NCBI RefSeq assembly: GCF_021028975.2
Contig: NC_059426.1
Coordinates: 123,132,001 to 123,196,000 of the forward strand
DNA length: 64,000 nt
Direction: 5' to 3'
Origin: Sphaerodactylus townsendi
Taxonomy: Eukaryota
The translations under genes were made by a program, and so were the position numbers. Position 1 is the stretch's first letter. Every line of letters starts with the position of its first letter. Shown piece after piece: positions 11,101 to 26,573 of this stretch. The notes beneath the pieces were generated by a model, which was not told where the DNA came from, searched no databases, and was given only the letters and a program-made list of their open reading frames with translations.

Positions 11101-14100
11101 CAAAATGTTTTATTACTGCTATGAAAACATGTTATGGAGTTGTATCCAGTCCCCCCAATTGGGAGAAACAACATCACTTTCAATGTTATTTAAACTGGGG
11201 ACCCCAGATTCTCCCTTTAAGGTGGATTTAAAAGGAGAATCACTAGTTTAAACAAGTGATGCTGGAATCCACCCCCAAACAGCATCATTTTCAATGGTGA
11301 TTAAACTAGGGAGCCCAGATTCTCCTTTTAAATCCATCTTAAAGGGATAATCTGGGGTTTCCAGTTTAAACAATATTGAAAGTGATGCTATTTTGGGGTG
11401 GATTCTCCCCCACCCTGAAACAGCATCACTTCCAATGTTTAAATTGGGGACCTCAGATTCTCCCTTTAAATCCATGCCAAAGGGGGTGGATTTAATAATA
11501 ATAAAAAACCTTTATTAGGCATTGAGAGAATAAAAGAAAGAAAGCAAACAAGCACTGGCAGAAAGGGGGTGGATTTAAAAGGAGAATCTGGGGAAATTTA
11601 GGGGGTGCCTGCTGTCAGGGGTGCAATTATTAAGATAGCAGCAGCAAAATTTCAGAATATCTTTATGTTTGGTGAAGTTTGGTTCAGGGGGTCCAAAGTT
11701 ATGGACCCTTAAAGGTGTAGCCCCAATTCCTATTAGCTTCCACTGGAAACAATGGGGGATGGGGGCACTCTGTTTGGGAGTCCATAACTTTGGACTCCCT
11801 CAACCAAACCTCACCAAACCTGGGTGATATTATCAGGAGAGTCTCCCAAAAAATCCCTGAAATTTTGGTGCTGCTAGCCTAAAAACTGTGCGCCCTTCAG
11901 GCCAAAACTGGAAAAAACACTAAAATACCAAAACACACAAACGACCCTGCATTTTGGCGCCTGCCACAAGGGGGCACCCGGGGGCAAGTGCTCTCCCTTG
12001 TCCATAGGCAGATACGTCACTGGTTCACTGTAAAGAAGTGCAACATGTCACAGGCAACTCAGGTCTCCTTGAGGAAAAGGCTTCAATCCCTGCTTACCTC
12101 GGAGCTAACCCCAATGAATGCAGCAGGACTTACTCATGAGAAAACATTTGATATATACAAATACTCTCTATCTTCCTGGCATTCAAGATGGTTTAAAATT
12201 CAAATGAACACCTACAACATGAAGAAGGAAAAGGGTGCAAAAAATGGAAAGAGGAAAATAAGCAAATACAGGCAGTGGAGACGAGGCATGCCTTTCACCA
12301 GTTTTGGACGGTGAGACAGCTGCAGCCTTGAGCAGGAAAGATCTGGCCACTGTGGTGCATTCTCTGGTAACATTTAGTGTAGATCACTGTAATGTGCTCT
12401 ACCTGGGGCTGCCCTTGAAGACTGTCCTGAAGCTATGTTTGCAAAATGCTGCAATTAGAATGTTGACTGGGGTGGATCATTAGGTACCATACCACTTCAG
12501 CCTTGTTCCATAAACAGTGGCTCCCAATTTGCTTTCAGGCTCAAAGTGCTGGAATTTATTGTTAAAGTCCCATGCAGCTAAGGGACAACACACCTGAAGG
12601 ACTACCTTTTCCCATATCAGACTACTCATCCACTCCAGTCATCTTTCGAGGGTCTGCTTTAGATGCCCCCACCATCAGAGTATGCATTGATGGCAACCCA
12701 AGAAAGGACATTCTTGGCTACAGCATCAAAACTGTGGAACTCACACCCCAAGGCAGCGATGGCGAACCTTTTTGAGACCGAGTGCCCAAATTGCAACCCA
12801 GACTCCACTTATTTATTGCAAAGTGCCAACCCAGCAATTTGACCTGAATGCTGAGGTTTTAGTTTAGAAAAAACCGATTGGCTCCCTCTTCCTCTGCCCT
12901 ACCCGCTCGAGAAGGGGTCAGCCTGCTGTAGCCTCCAGCAAGTCCCACGTGCACCACTCTGAGCCTCTCTAGCATCTTTGCCTCCTCTGTACACCCCCCC
13001 CCCCGACAGCAGCCACCCGGAGAACAGGCACCAGGCCCGCCAGCCAAGTCCTCCCTACTCACAGTGGTGCGTGCACATCGTGCTCAGTGGCCCAGGCCAG
13101 CCTAGAAGTGTGTGTGTGTGGGGGGGGTGATTTTCCGCCCCCCACATGACAAATTCTGTGTGTGCGTGCCCACAGAGAGGGCTCCGAGTGCCACCTCTGG
13201 CACCCGTGCCATAGGTTCGCCATCACTGCCCCGAGGAGATTGGTCTGTCTCCTTCTATGACTGTAATCCATCAGTGGTTTAAGGTTTTTATTTTTGGTAT
13301 ACCGGTACCTCCCCACCAAATAATTGTTACTGGCTTTGCCCCCTGGTTCTGTTATATGCGTTTATATGTTTTTTTATTATTAAATTATATTATGTATACC
13401 TTGTTTCAAATGCTGTTTTAATGTTGAAACATTTTGATGTTTGGTTGGAAAAGCAGCATTTAGAAGTTTTATATAACAACAACAAATAACTATTCCATAG
13501 CGGTGAGATGGGGTGGCTCCTGCACAGGTAAATTCTGAGGAAAATCTGCAGTTGGTCCCAGGCAAGCTGACGAAAGGGTCTGCCTTGCCTCTCTCTCTGA
13601 TGCAGCTAGATGGAATAGCTGCTGAGGGAAGTAGTTTAATTATCTAGAATCAAAATATGTAGAAGCAAGCAGTTTTAGCACATACATGACTGTGAAAATG
13701 TAACCTGTCATACTAATTTTTCCAGGAACTAATGAATGAGATAAGGAATATACTTTTTTTTAGTTCGATTATTCCCAATCTCCCCACTTAAGAGTAAAAT
13801 AAAAACATGAAACTCTGGTATTGTCCTGTTTTGTAAAGCACCTTTGTTAACTGACACAATTATTAGTTTATCTCAACATTAAATAGAGTCAATATGGTAC
13901 AGTAGTTAAGAGTGTCAGACCAGTATCAGGGAGACCAAGGTTCAAATTCCTGCTCATGCAATGGAAGCTCACAATTGAGAGGAAGGCCATCTTGGCAGTA
14001 GTTCCAAAGACCTAAATCAAAACCACTCTCTGCTCTTCAAGTATGTGGAGCGCTCCTGGGGATATTTAGGGGAAAATCACGCATATACACACCTCCTTTA

Positions 14101-15952
14101 AAAAGGAAAGTTTACAGGATACTGTCAAGTCTACCATGCACAGATCCACAGAAAACATAATGGCATAATGCAGAAATGAGAACTTTGAGCGCTTATCCAT
14201 GTGGCTAGCTAAGTTGAAAGAATGGGTTTTGCTGAGTAACAGAAGATTGTTGGAATTAGAAGGATGTGATATCAGATTAGGATGGCACACCTATTTACAA
14301 TATGGCAAAGTCAAAGTTAATAAGGATTTAAAACATCATTGTATTAGATGTGCCATACTGAGAGTATGGGGAAAATATAAATCTAGGTTGTATCAGAAAA
14401 CGCTACTAACGGCTCACAGCACAAGCACTATAAAGATAATAAATGACTGTTGAAAATAAGTGATTAACATATTATAACATACTAGACTGTTTCAAGGGGA
14501 TTGTAAAATGAAATCAAGAGAAGATTTAACAGTAGAAGGTCATATCTGTTATTGTTTTTTAATGCACAATTATTAGAAATAATTAAAATAGATATTTTAA
14601 TAGATATAAGAATGAATAGCTTTGAAGACTCCAAGACTGAATTTGAAGCAGAACTACGAAAGGATGATTATTATGTTACTGCCAAAATATATAAGCTTCT
14701 GTTGAAATTTGAAACAGAAGAACAAGTGAGAGAGGGTATGATAAAATGGGCCAGTAACTTTGGGTACAATATAGAAATGGGTCAGTGGGAAAATGAAGTC
14801 AAAGAGCCTTAAATTTACATTAAATTCTAATCTCAAAGAACATTTCTGTAAAATAAAATCACTGGTATCTCTCACCAGAAAAATTAGCAAAAATCTATCA
14901 AAAGGTTCCAAACGTGTGACTAGAAATGTGGACAACATATAGGGGCGGTACTACAAGTATGTGGGCCCCAAATCTGGAAAGGCTTTATAGGTAAGCACCA
15001 GCATCTTGAATAAGATCTGCAAACAAACAACCAGTGAAATGATAAGGTTCCTGACTGCCACATTTTGTGCCAGCGAAAGTTTCCTGATCATTTTCAAGGA
15101 CAGCCCCTTGCAGTGCCCATAACAGTAATCTAGCCTAAAAATTATTACAGCATAGATCATCAGTCAGATCCAACATGTGCAAACAGGGAAATAGCTTTCT
15201 AACCAAGCAAAGCAGGGTCTTTTTTTTACTGTCATGGCCACTGTTTCTCCACCATAAGCCGTGAATTCAACAAAACTCCCAGACTTCTGAGTCTTTCAGC
15301 AAAAGTTGCACTGCCTTGATGACAAAGACAACAATCCCATTTAAAGTGGCAGACTTTCCAACCAGCATCATATCCATCTTTTCTGGATTCATCTTCATTT
15401 TTTTTTTTGTGCAAACTTAGGTGAAAAAAAAGCCCCACTGAATTCAACGGGACATTCATTTTATGGTATACATATATAGGAATGTTGTTGGTTTCAAGAA
15501 AGTTATGCAACACTAAAATTACAAGTAGTGACTACTAGAAGTGGTAAATAATAGGGTAAACATTTTAAGGACTCCAGTCCACAATTTCCTTGACAAGTAA
15601 ACTAATCATTTGGGATTGAGACAAAAAAGCTATAAAGGAAACACTGAACTATTACCAGATCTCTTGATACAACAAGTTTGAAATCACTGAGGAGAGGTAC
15701 GGGATACTTTTTCCATTCGGGAACTCTAACAATATGAAATACTGAACAGAGGAGGCAACCACCACGCCTTAACCGTTACACCAAATAGGCGACCATGGGA
15801 CAAAACAACGTGGCACGACAAGAATGGAGGGAAAAGAAGGAAAAGTGGACTAGCTGCCTCACCTGCGACACCGTCCCCAAAGACAGACACCGGGACAGTA
15901 TCAGTCCAGCCGCCGCGGGCTGCGCAGGATCCCAAGGATTGCACGAAGTCAT
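5016..15952 (-). CDS. HAUS2: HAUS augmin-like complex subunit 2, spliced CDS complement(join(5016..5171,7296..7404,7868..8000,9588..9657,10751..10843,15863..15952)), 651 nt, 216 aa
   Basis: Hand-spliced translation [145 protein letters not shown].. matches recalled vertebrate HAUS2. All introns GT-AG, frame continuous, synteny with LRRC57. Confidence 0.95.
5487..7030. mobile_element. Outer MITE (PIF/Harbinger-like) hosting the hAT copy
   Basis: TIR GGCTGATTACGCA / TGCATAATCAGCC, 3-bp AAT flanks; related inverted copy at 2681-3442. Confidence 0.75.
5500..6352 (-). mobile_element. Non-autonomous hAT element nested in another MITE
   Basis: Perfect 8-bp TSD ATTACGCA (5492-5499 / 6353-6360); CAG..CTG termini; same family as 10871-12022. 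Confidence 0.9.
7296..7404 (-). CDS. HAUS2: HAUS2 coding exon 5 (109 nt)
   Basis: CAG|A TAT..AAA ATG|GTGAGT; [27 protein letters not shown]. Confidence 0.92.
7868..8000 (-). CDS. HAUS2: HAUS2 coding exon 4 (133 nt)
   Basis: TAG|CT CAG AAA TGC..CAC AG|GTAAGC; [16 protein letters not shown]. Confidence 0.94.
8889..9425. mobile_element. Non-autonomous hAT element
   Basis: TIR CAGTGGCGTA / TACGCCTCTG; perfect TSD GCAGTAAC. Confidence 0.9.
9588..9657 (-). CDS. HAUS2: HAUS2 coding exon 3 (70 nt)
   Basis: TAG|AAC..CTG A|GTAAGT; [13 protein letters not shown]. Confidence 0.93.
9853..10072 (+). mobile_element. hAT (Blackjack-type TIR) MITE; partial relatives at ~525-750 and 1230-1358
   Basis: TAGGGTTGC / TGGCAACTCT termini; CTGGAGAAAATGGCTGCTTT core. 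Confidence 0.7.
10077..10168. repeat. ~92-bp hairpin inverted repeat
   Basis: Arms CATGGGCCAAAAACAGTGGTGT / ACACCACTGTTTTTGGCCCATG with a short loop. Confidence 0.9.
10751..10843 (-). CDS. HAUS2: HAUS2 coding exon 2 (93 nt)
   Basis: TACAG|GAA ACT..AAC CAG|GTAAAA; [31 protein letters not shown]. Confidence 0.9.
10871..12022 (+). mobile_element. Non-autonomous hAT element with internal subrepeats
   Basis: TIR CAGAGGCATATC / GATACGTCACTG; TSD GTTCACTA / GTTCACTG. Confidence 0.9.
12290..13480 (+). mobile_element. Degraded L2-like LINE fragment split by a hAT MITE
   Basis: GATCTGGCCACTGTGGTGCAT..GGGCTGCCCTTGAAGAC..AATGCTGCA similar to the L2 ORF2 3' region. Confidence 0.7.
12754..13228 (+). mobile_element. 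hAT (Charlie-like) MITE
   Basis: TIR CAGCGATGGCGAACC / GGTTCGCCATCACTG; TSD CCCCAAGG / CCCCGAGG. Confidence 0.9.
14060..14940 (+). mobile_element. L1/Tx1-group LINE ORF2 3' fragments
   Basis: A-rich degenerate ORFs ([16 protein letters not shown]; KIYKLLL..IKWA) resembling lizard L1-like ORF2. Confidence 0.55.
14950..15380 (-). mobile_element. Degraded L2-like LINE fragment
   Basis: [32 protein letters not shown]. Confidence 0.75.
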
Positions 15953-16950
15953 GACCGAAAGAGTTCGCCCTCTGAATCTGGCGCGGACTTTCCCAGCCAT
16001 GCGCACGACCCCACTACGCAAGAAACTCCGCCCTTTATTTCCTTAAAACTCGCACCGCCATTACTGGAGTGGCGAACAGCTATCGCCATATTAGGGACTG
16101 AAAAAGAAAGAGGTAATTTTTTTCCTGTGTGTGATGGGAATAAAGAAGTCTCGTCTTTGCTTAACTCCGCCATGTTGGGTGTGGCGGAGAGTCGAGGCAC
16201 TCTGCTCAGAATGGCGGTACCGGGAAATGAAGTCAATAGCCATCCTCCCCCCTTCCACGGTAGCGGAAGCCTATCCAGTAAGCTGGGTCATACGTGCCCC
16301 CTCCTTTTAAACTCTTATTCCGAGTCAGGGTTCGCCATTGTTAATGCTATCAGGCGATCCTGACTGTGTCCAGGTCGCGCGTTGTCGGGATTGAAAAACT
16401 GCCACTGCCGATTCTGGTGTGGAGGTTTGCTCGTTGCTAGGATGCAAGGTGGCGGCTGTGGTTGCAGGTAAATGGAGTTCACTTCTGATCAAGCACCGAA
16501 GCTTTGTTGCTTCCATTGCTAGATGTGGTAGCGATTTACACCCTGAAGTGCGTAAATCTGCTTTGGATATCTGCGTGCACTTGGAGAGGAGCTGCAATTT
16601 TTACTTTTTTAGCTACGAGGGACTTGTTTGCAGATGTGTGCATTGCGTAATATTGCAACTATTCAGGAGTCAGCTTCGTTGGATGTTGCGAGTTACGTTT
16701 CTCCTGTCCAGTAAGACTAGCAACGGCTTGTACTTCCTGATCGAGATGAATAGTCTTGAGCTGCGAGCCCCTTCCCTTTAGTCGCTGCAACTTAAGCAAC
16801 CCGTTGCAACATAACGCAGTTTTCCGCCCTTTTAACAATAGAGAGACGACACTGTGGGCGGGTCCCTTCCGCCTTTTTCCGAGCCGCGTGTTGTAGGTAG
16901 TTATTCTGTGGGACGGGATTAGGTCTGACCTCGCAGCCTTTCTGGAAGCT
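15750..16950. promoter_or_regulatory. CpG-island bidirectional promoter HAUS2/LRRC57; candidate LRRC57 non-coding exon ending at donor 16467 (CAG|GTAAAT)
   Basis: High CpG density against a CpG-poor background; several YY1-like CGCCAT/ATGGCG cores, ETS GCGGAAG, GC boxes; lies between divergent genes. Confidence 0.85.
15863..15952 (-). CDS. HAUS2: HAUS2 coding exon 1 (30 aa)
   Basis: ATG at 15952, NPWDP motif, donor CAG|GTGAGG. Confidence 0.93.
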
Positions 16951-17509
16951 GCAGCTTTTCATCTCATCCTCTTCAAGTCACGATTTCTTACTCCCTCCCA
17001 TCTCCCTTCTCAAGCTCCACTTCAGGGCTGCTTCAAGTGCAGGCAGACTGTTTGGGAATTCTAGCGCAGTAGGTGTGGATACCAAATCATGGTAATTTAA
17101 ATGGATTTAGAAGGGTGGAACTCTGTTATGGTTGCACTACAAATGCTATTGTTGAGTGCCCGAAGGATTTGCTGTTCATCTCTGATAAACCTTACAGGCA
17201 AACCTCCGAGGCGAAAGCTGAATGAATGGCATTGGGCTTGGAATTGCCAATGTTTATTTGTGTCGCAGGTACTGTTATGCAGGAATCTGAGGGAAAGGAG
17301 GGGATTAATTTTGTCTGAGTTGGGATCCTTCCTTCTTCTTGAGTCAGTGGGTGTGTTCATTTTCCATCCATTCCCGAATTCACTTTTATAAACTAGGCTG
17401 TCTAAGCATGAAAATCAGAGCCCTATCAATGAAAGAATAGCCACTTTTCTAGTGCAGTTGATGGGGATGATTGTTGCTCATTAGCTGGATCCTGTTGTGA
17501 TGTGCACTT

Positions 17510-18205
17510 CATTATTATTATTACTGTTATTTTGTTCAGTATCACAGTTGACAATTTTTCAGCTGGTTGTTGGCCTTTCATTATAATTCAAGCCTCACCC
17601 CAAAGCCTAGGACGTTATAATGTATGGGGGAGTATTTGTGCAGATTCCAGCAGGGCTACTTTTTGAATTTGACAGATGTTGATTTGAAGATTGTTCAAGT
17701 GCCGCCCTAGTGTTTTTGGAATGGTGCTCAGGGTGCCTATTATTATTATTTATTAAACTTGATAAACTGCCCACCCCCAAAGGGCTCTGGGATGACCTCG
17801 GCTGGTTTGTATCATAGTCTCAATTTTCAAATCATGGTATTTAGTGACCTTCTCATGTTCTTTTTCATAGATCCTGCTGTCACTAGGTATTGCTATGTCG
17901 ATGATGGTCACTTTCTTGTCCTCCATCACTGTGATGTCAGGTGTATTATGCACCAACGCTTTGGATTTGAAAGTCCCACAAGATTTTGACCTTCTCATTT
18001 TCCATGACTTTGTCTGGATGGTGTTCCCACCAGTTTTTAGCTGTCCTGGTGTAATTCTTGCATAAATTCCAGTGAATCATCTTGGCCACTGAGTTGTGCC
18101 TCTTTTTGTACTCAGTCTGGGCCATCTTTTTGCAGCAGCTGAGTATGTGATCTGTAGTTTCGTCAGCCTCCTTGCACAATCTGCTCTTTGCATCATCTGA
18201 GGATG
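17510..18205 (-). mobile_element. R4/Dong-like non-LTR retrotransposon 3' fragment with restriction-like endonuclease
   Basis: CRLCKEADETTDHILSCC zinc knuckle, RHN, PDITV..IIDIAIP..EK..KY; (TAA)n tail. Confidence 0.85.
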
Positions 18206-19940
18206 ATTATTCGTATTTGATTTAATACCCCACTCTCCCCACCGAAGTGGGCTTAGAGCAGCTTCCGATACATATAATTACAATTTATGAATAAATACTA
18301 TTTAAATAATAAAACATCAGAATCAAGATATCAATAATGTATAAAACAAAGATCCAGTGAAGCTTCTTAGAGTGGATTGTGAATGTTATCTTAACATGAT
18401 AACTTCACACACACATCCCATCCAGGTATCTGCAGACAGCAGAGGGACTACCACACGCTGGAAAAATTGGGAGGCTGCCTGAGGAATGCAGGATGAAAAA
18501 AATGCATAACTGATAGCACCCTGTGTAGGTAGTATGTGTTTCATCTGCCATTCACCCTGCATCAGTAACACCCATGCTTCTCTTGTCTCTCTATAGGCAA
18601 CAGTTCACAGAGACAAAACATTTCCTATTCAGTCCCATGCAGATTATAAGACCTGCAACAGCAGCAATATCAGGTGGGGAACCAGCTGTTCCCATATTGG
18701 ATTTTATCACCCCATTCCTTGTAGAACTCCTGAGTCTTTCACTAGCACATGACAGATGTAAACAGGAGCAACTATATCCTGGCTAAAGAGATAGCACCTT
18801 ACCTCTCATACATAACGCAAATAGGTGGTGGTATAAGATATACATTTGCATTGTTAGTTTCTGCCTATAAATTGCACACATTTGTCTCTCAAATATTCCC
18901 AAATATTTAAGAAGAATGTACTTGTGATGCTCATGTACAACTGTTTGGCCAAAAAGATTTATTTCATGCAATCTGTTGAGTCTAATTTTGGTGAAATGTG
19001 TGAATAATGTGTTTGAAGCCTGGTTACTGACATCTGTACTGGGTAAGTAATTTGTACATATATGGATCTCATTGCCAAACTGTGGCTCAGAAGCAAAACT
19101 GCAGAAAGTACATCTGAGTCGACACAGTGTTGGTGAAAGCTATCAGAAGTGATTTAATTCATGTTTATTTGACGATAAGGCCACTCTGTTCAGTGGAGCT
19201 TTTTCTTTAATTTGCAATATGCTGAACTCCTGGGTTAGGATGATGTATAAATAAATAGAAGTCAAAGTAAACAGTGTAAATCATTTTTAATAGGTTGAGT
19301 TGCTCGCTGCTTGTATTATGTAACCTACCTACCAGATATTTTTGTGCCAGACTGACTAATCTTCTTAAGCTGAGAGCCTAAGCACCCCTTGGAAAGAAAT
19401 GGGTTTTAGATGAGCTGCTTGCCTAGTGCTTTACCTTTTCTCTTGCATATTTCCATAGGGTTCTTTTTTCACCAGCGGAGATGTATTTGTAATGCATCTG
19501 TAATATGATAAAATTCATAAATAATGTATGTTCTTTCATGGACACTATGCTAAAATGAACGGTATGTAAAGCATTTACCTAGGTGGGCATTCCATTAGAG
19601 AATTATGTGTTTGCTGCGTTTTTATCTCACCCTTCGTCTTGAGAAGCTCATGGTGGAATTACATTATTTTGCCTTGTCTTTTATCCTCAGAACAACTGCT
19701 GTGAGGTAGGTTAGTCTGTGTGTGGGAGGGATGGGCCCAGTAAGCTTCTGTAAGAGTGGAATTTGAATTCTGGTGTCCCATATCAAAGTCTGACAGTCTG
19801 ATTATTATACCATATTGCAAATATTTATTTAAATATCTTCTAAACTTTTATCAGAAAATAAACTCGTGTGACCTAATACAGAGTGAATGAAAGTTACCAA
19901 GCTGCAGTTGTTCCCCAACAACCATTTTGTCAGTTTCTGA

Positions 19941-24497
<4,557 letters not shown>

Positions 24498-25389
24498 TGG
24501 ACAGTTTTATCTCGTGAAGGAAAAGTTCATGAAATGTGGATCATACATGCTGCTAGCCTATTTTGAGAAGGAAAATCAAGGTTATGTCAAGGAAACACCA
24601 GCCACATTGATTTTGCAGTGGTCTAGTGCATAGACATTTGATGCTGCAAAGTGAAGCTAAGATACAGCCAAAGGTTTAACTTAGAGCAGACAGAGAATGT
24701 CTGCCTTACATAATTCTCCATCTTCAGGGATCTTTATGGATTGGGAGAAGAATCTTGTATATTCCTTGAGCTGTACCAGTTTGTTACAGCTGTCAGCAAG
24801 TTTCTTTTGAGGAAGTTCTAATTATATGAAGTGTGAATTTAATATGTCTGGGGAACACTTGCCAAGGAGTGCACTGAGGCTGTATAACTGCTTAACAATG
24901 CAAAGTCATCTCTTTGCTCTAAATGTCCTATAATGCAGAAGAGGTTGGCTCTGCTTTTTTAACAATGTAGTTTATGAAGCACAAAGTTAATTTTAGTATG
25001 TTGTTTTGGCTTCACTTTACAAGGACAGCCTATAATTGGCTTGTCTTCCACTTGATGGTGAAATGCACTACAACTCATCTCCAAGCATGCTGATGATGGT
25101 GTACGTGACTGGATCTAGATATCCACACTGACTTCACTGGGGGAAAGAAGATGGCATTCTGCACTGACTGTTATGTGGTGGTAGAGCGAACACAACTGCT
25201 GAATCTGGTCAATCACCTTTCTTATTGCTGCCTTATACAAAGCACGGCGGAGAACTGAAAAATATGCAACTTCCCTGAATAACTTGTATATTTTTACTTT
25301 AAACAATTTACACCCACAAATGTCTTAAGCTTTTTGGCACCTTTAATATTAAAGCTATGTTATAAACTATTCAATTATATGCTATGAAT

Positions 25390-25395
25390 AATAAA
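25390..25395 (+). terminator. Candidate LRRC57 polyadenylation signal AATAAA
   Basis: AATAAA about 0.9 kb after the stop codon, followed by T/GT-rich sequence. Confidence 0.5.
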
Positions 25396-26567
25396 TATAT
25401 ACATGTGCATAACTAAAATGAGTTTTGTGAAAGTAACAGTGCTACCCAAAAGGGTAACACAAGTCAAGGACCTGGGCTGTGGCACTAGTGCAAACGCAGG
25501 AGCTGACTAACATTGGCTCAATTCCTGGGACTCAACCAGCTCCTACCCCCCACCCATTGGTGTCTGATCGGGGAGGGGGGGAGGGACTAGTTGCCAGCAC
25601 AGCTCCACAGCAGCCTAGACTTCCAGATTTCGCTGACCGGCTGCTAGCACCTTTCCCCCCTCCCCAAACGCAGGTCACGGAGGTGTATGCAATTCCTGCA
25701 ATCCCCTGTGCTATTACTGAGGGCTTCTTTGTCTGCAGGAACAGTATTGCAAGGGACTGGTGTGGAAAGTCAGCAATTCAGCCTTTTGGTTGGATCCAGC
25801 CCATTATATTTGCCTTGTAAAATATGATCTAATCACTCCTTTGGCTCAGTATCAAGGACCAAAAACCAATCAATATCTTTTCTCATCAGCACAGAGATGA
25901 GCAGGACTTCTGCTATTAAAGGGGTGGGGGAGCTGAAGATCTTTTATATGCTATACATAGGTGGAAATTGTGTCCAAGTCTGTTCTTGGGTAGCTGTGAA
26001 AAACCTGATAGTTGATCGCAAACTGGTATTTTACCCAACGAATAAAAGTTAACAGCATTCACATTTTTACTTACACATAGACAAAGATTTTAGAAAGAAG
26101 ACACACACAATAAGCAGAAACATGATTATGTATAACTTGGTGTCCCTTCATCCATAATTCAGCTGCCAAAAGGAGCTAAGGCCAAGGAAAAATGCAAGGG
26201 AATAATAATATAGTGGAAGATGCCTGCTGTGTCTTGAACTTCACCAACACTGCCATGCTGAAGCCGCTATTACTCCTTACATTCACACTTCCCATATTAC
26301 AACTCACTGCAATAATGTGCATTGTGTGATCCATCATGAGTCTCAGTGAAAGAGGTAGATAATGAAAAAATAAAGATCAGTGTTTGGGCCAAAAATCTGG
26401 CACATGCAATACAAATCAGTCTAGGTTGTTTTAATGCAGAACAATAATCAAGTAAGAGTTAAGAAACCACCAGGAATAGTTGTTCTAGTGGTCTGTAATT
26501 GTAATGAAACATGAAATGATTCCACATTATATGCTTTTGTAAAATAAAAATCTGGTGTACATAAATG

Positions 26568-26573
26568 TTTATT
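26568..26573 (-). terminator. Candidate SNAP23 polyadenylation signal (implies a ~2.7 kb 3'UTR)
   Basis: TTTATT on + (second copy at 26607-26612) at the end of a long stretch with no repeat I could recognise, following the SNAP23 stop. Confidence 0.45.

Noticed and set aside
11160-11600. Regularly recurring TTTAAAC/CAGATTCTCC units, CRISPR-like at a glance
   Set aside because: Internal subrepeats of a TSD-flanked hAT element in a vertebrate intron; no unique spacers and no cas genes
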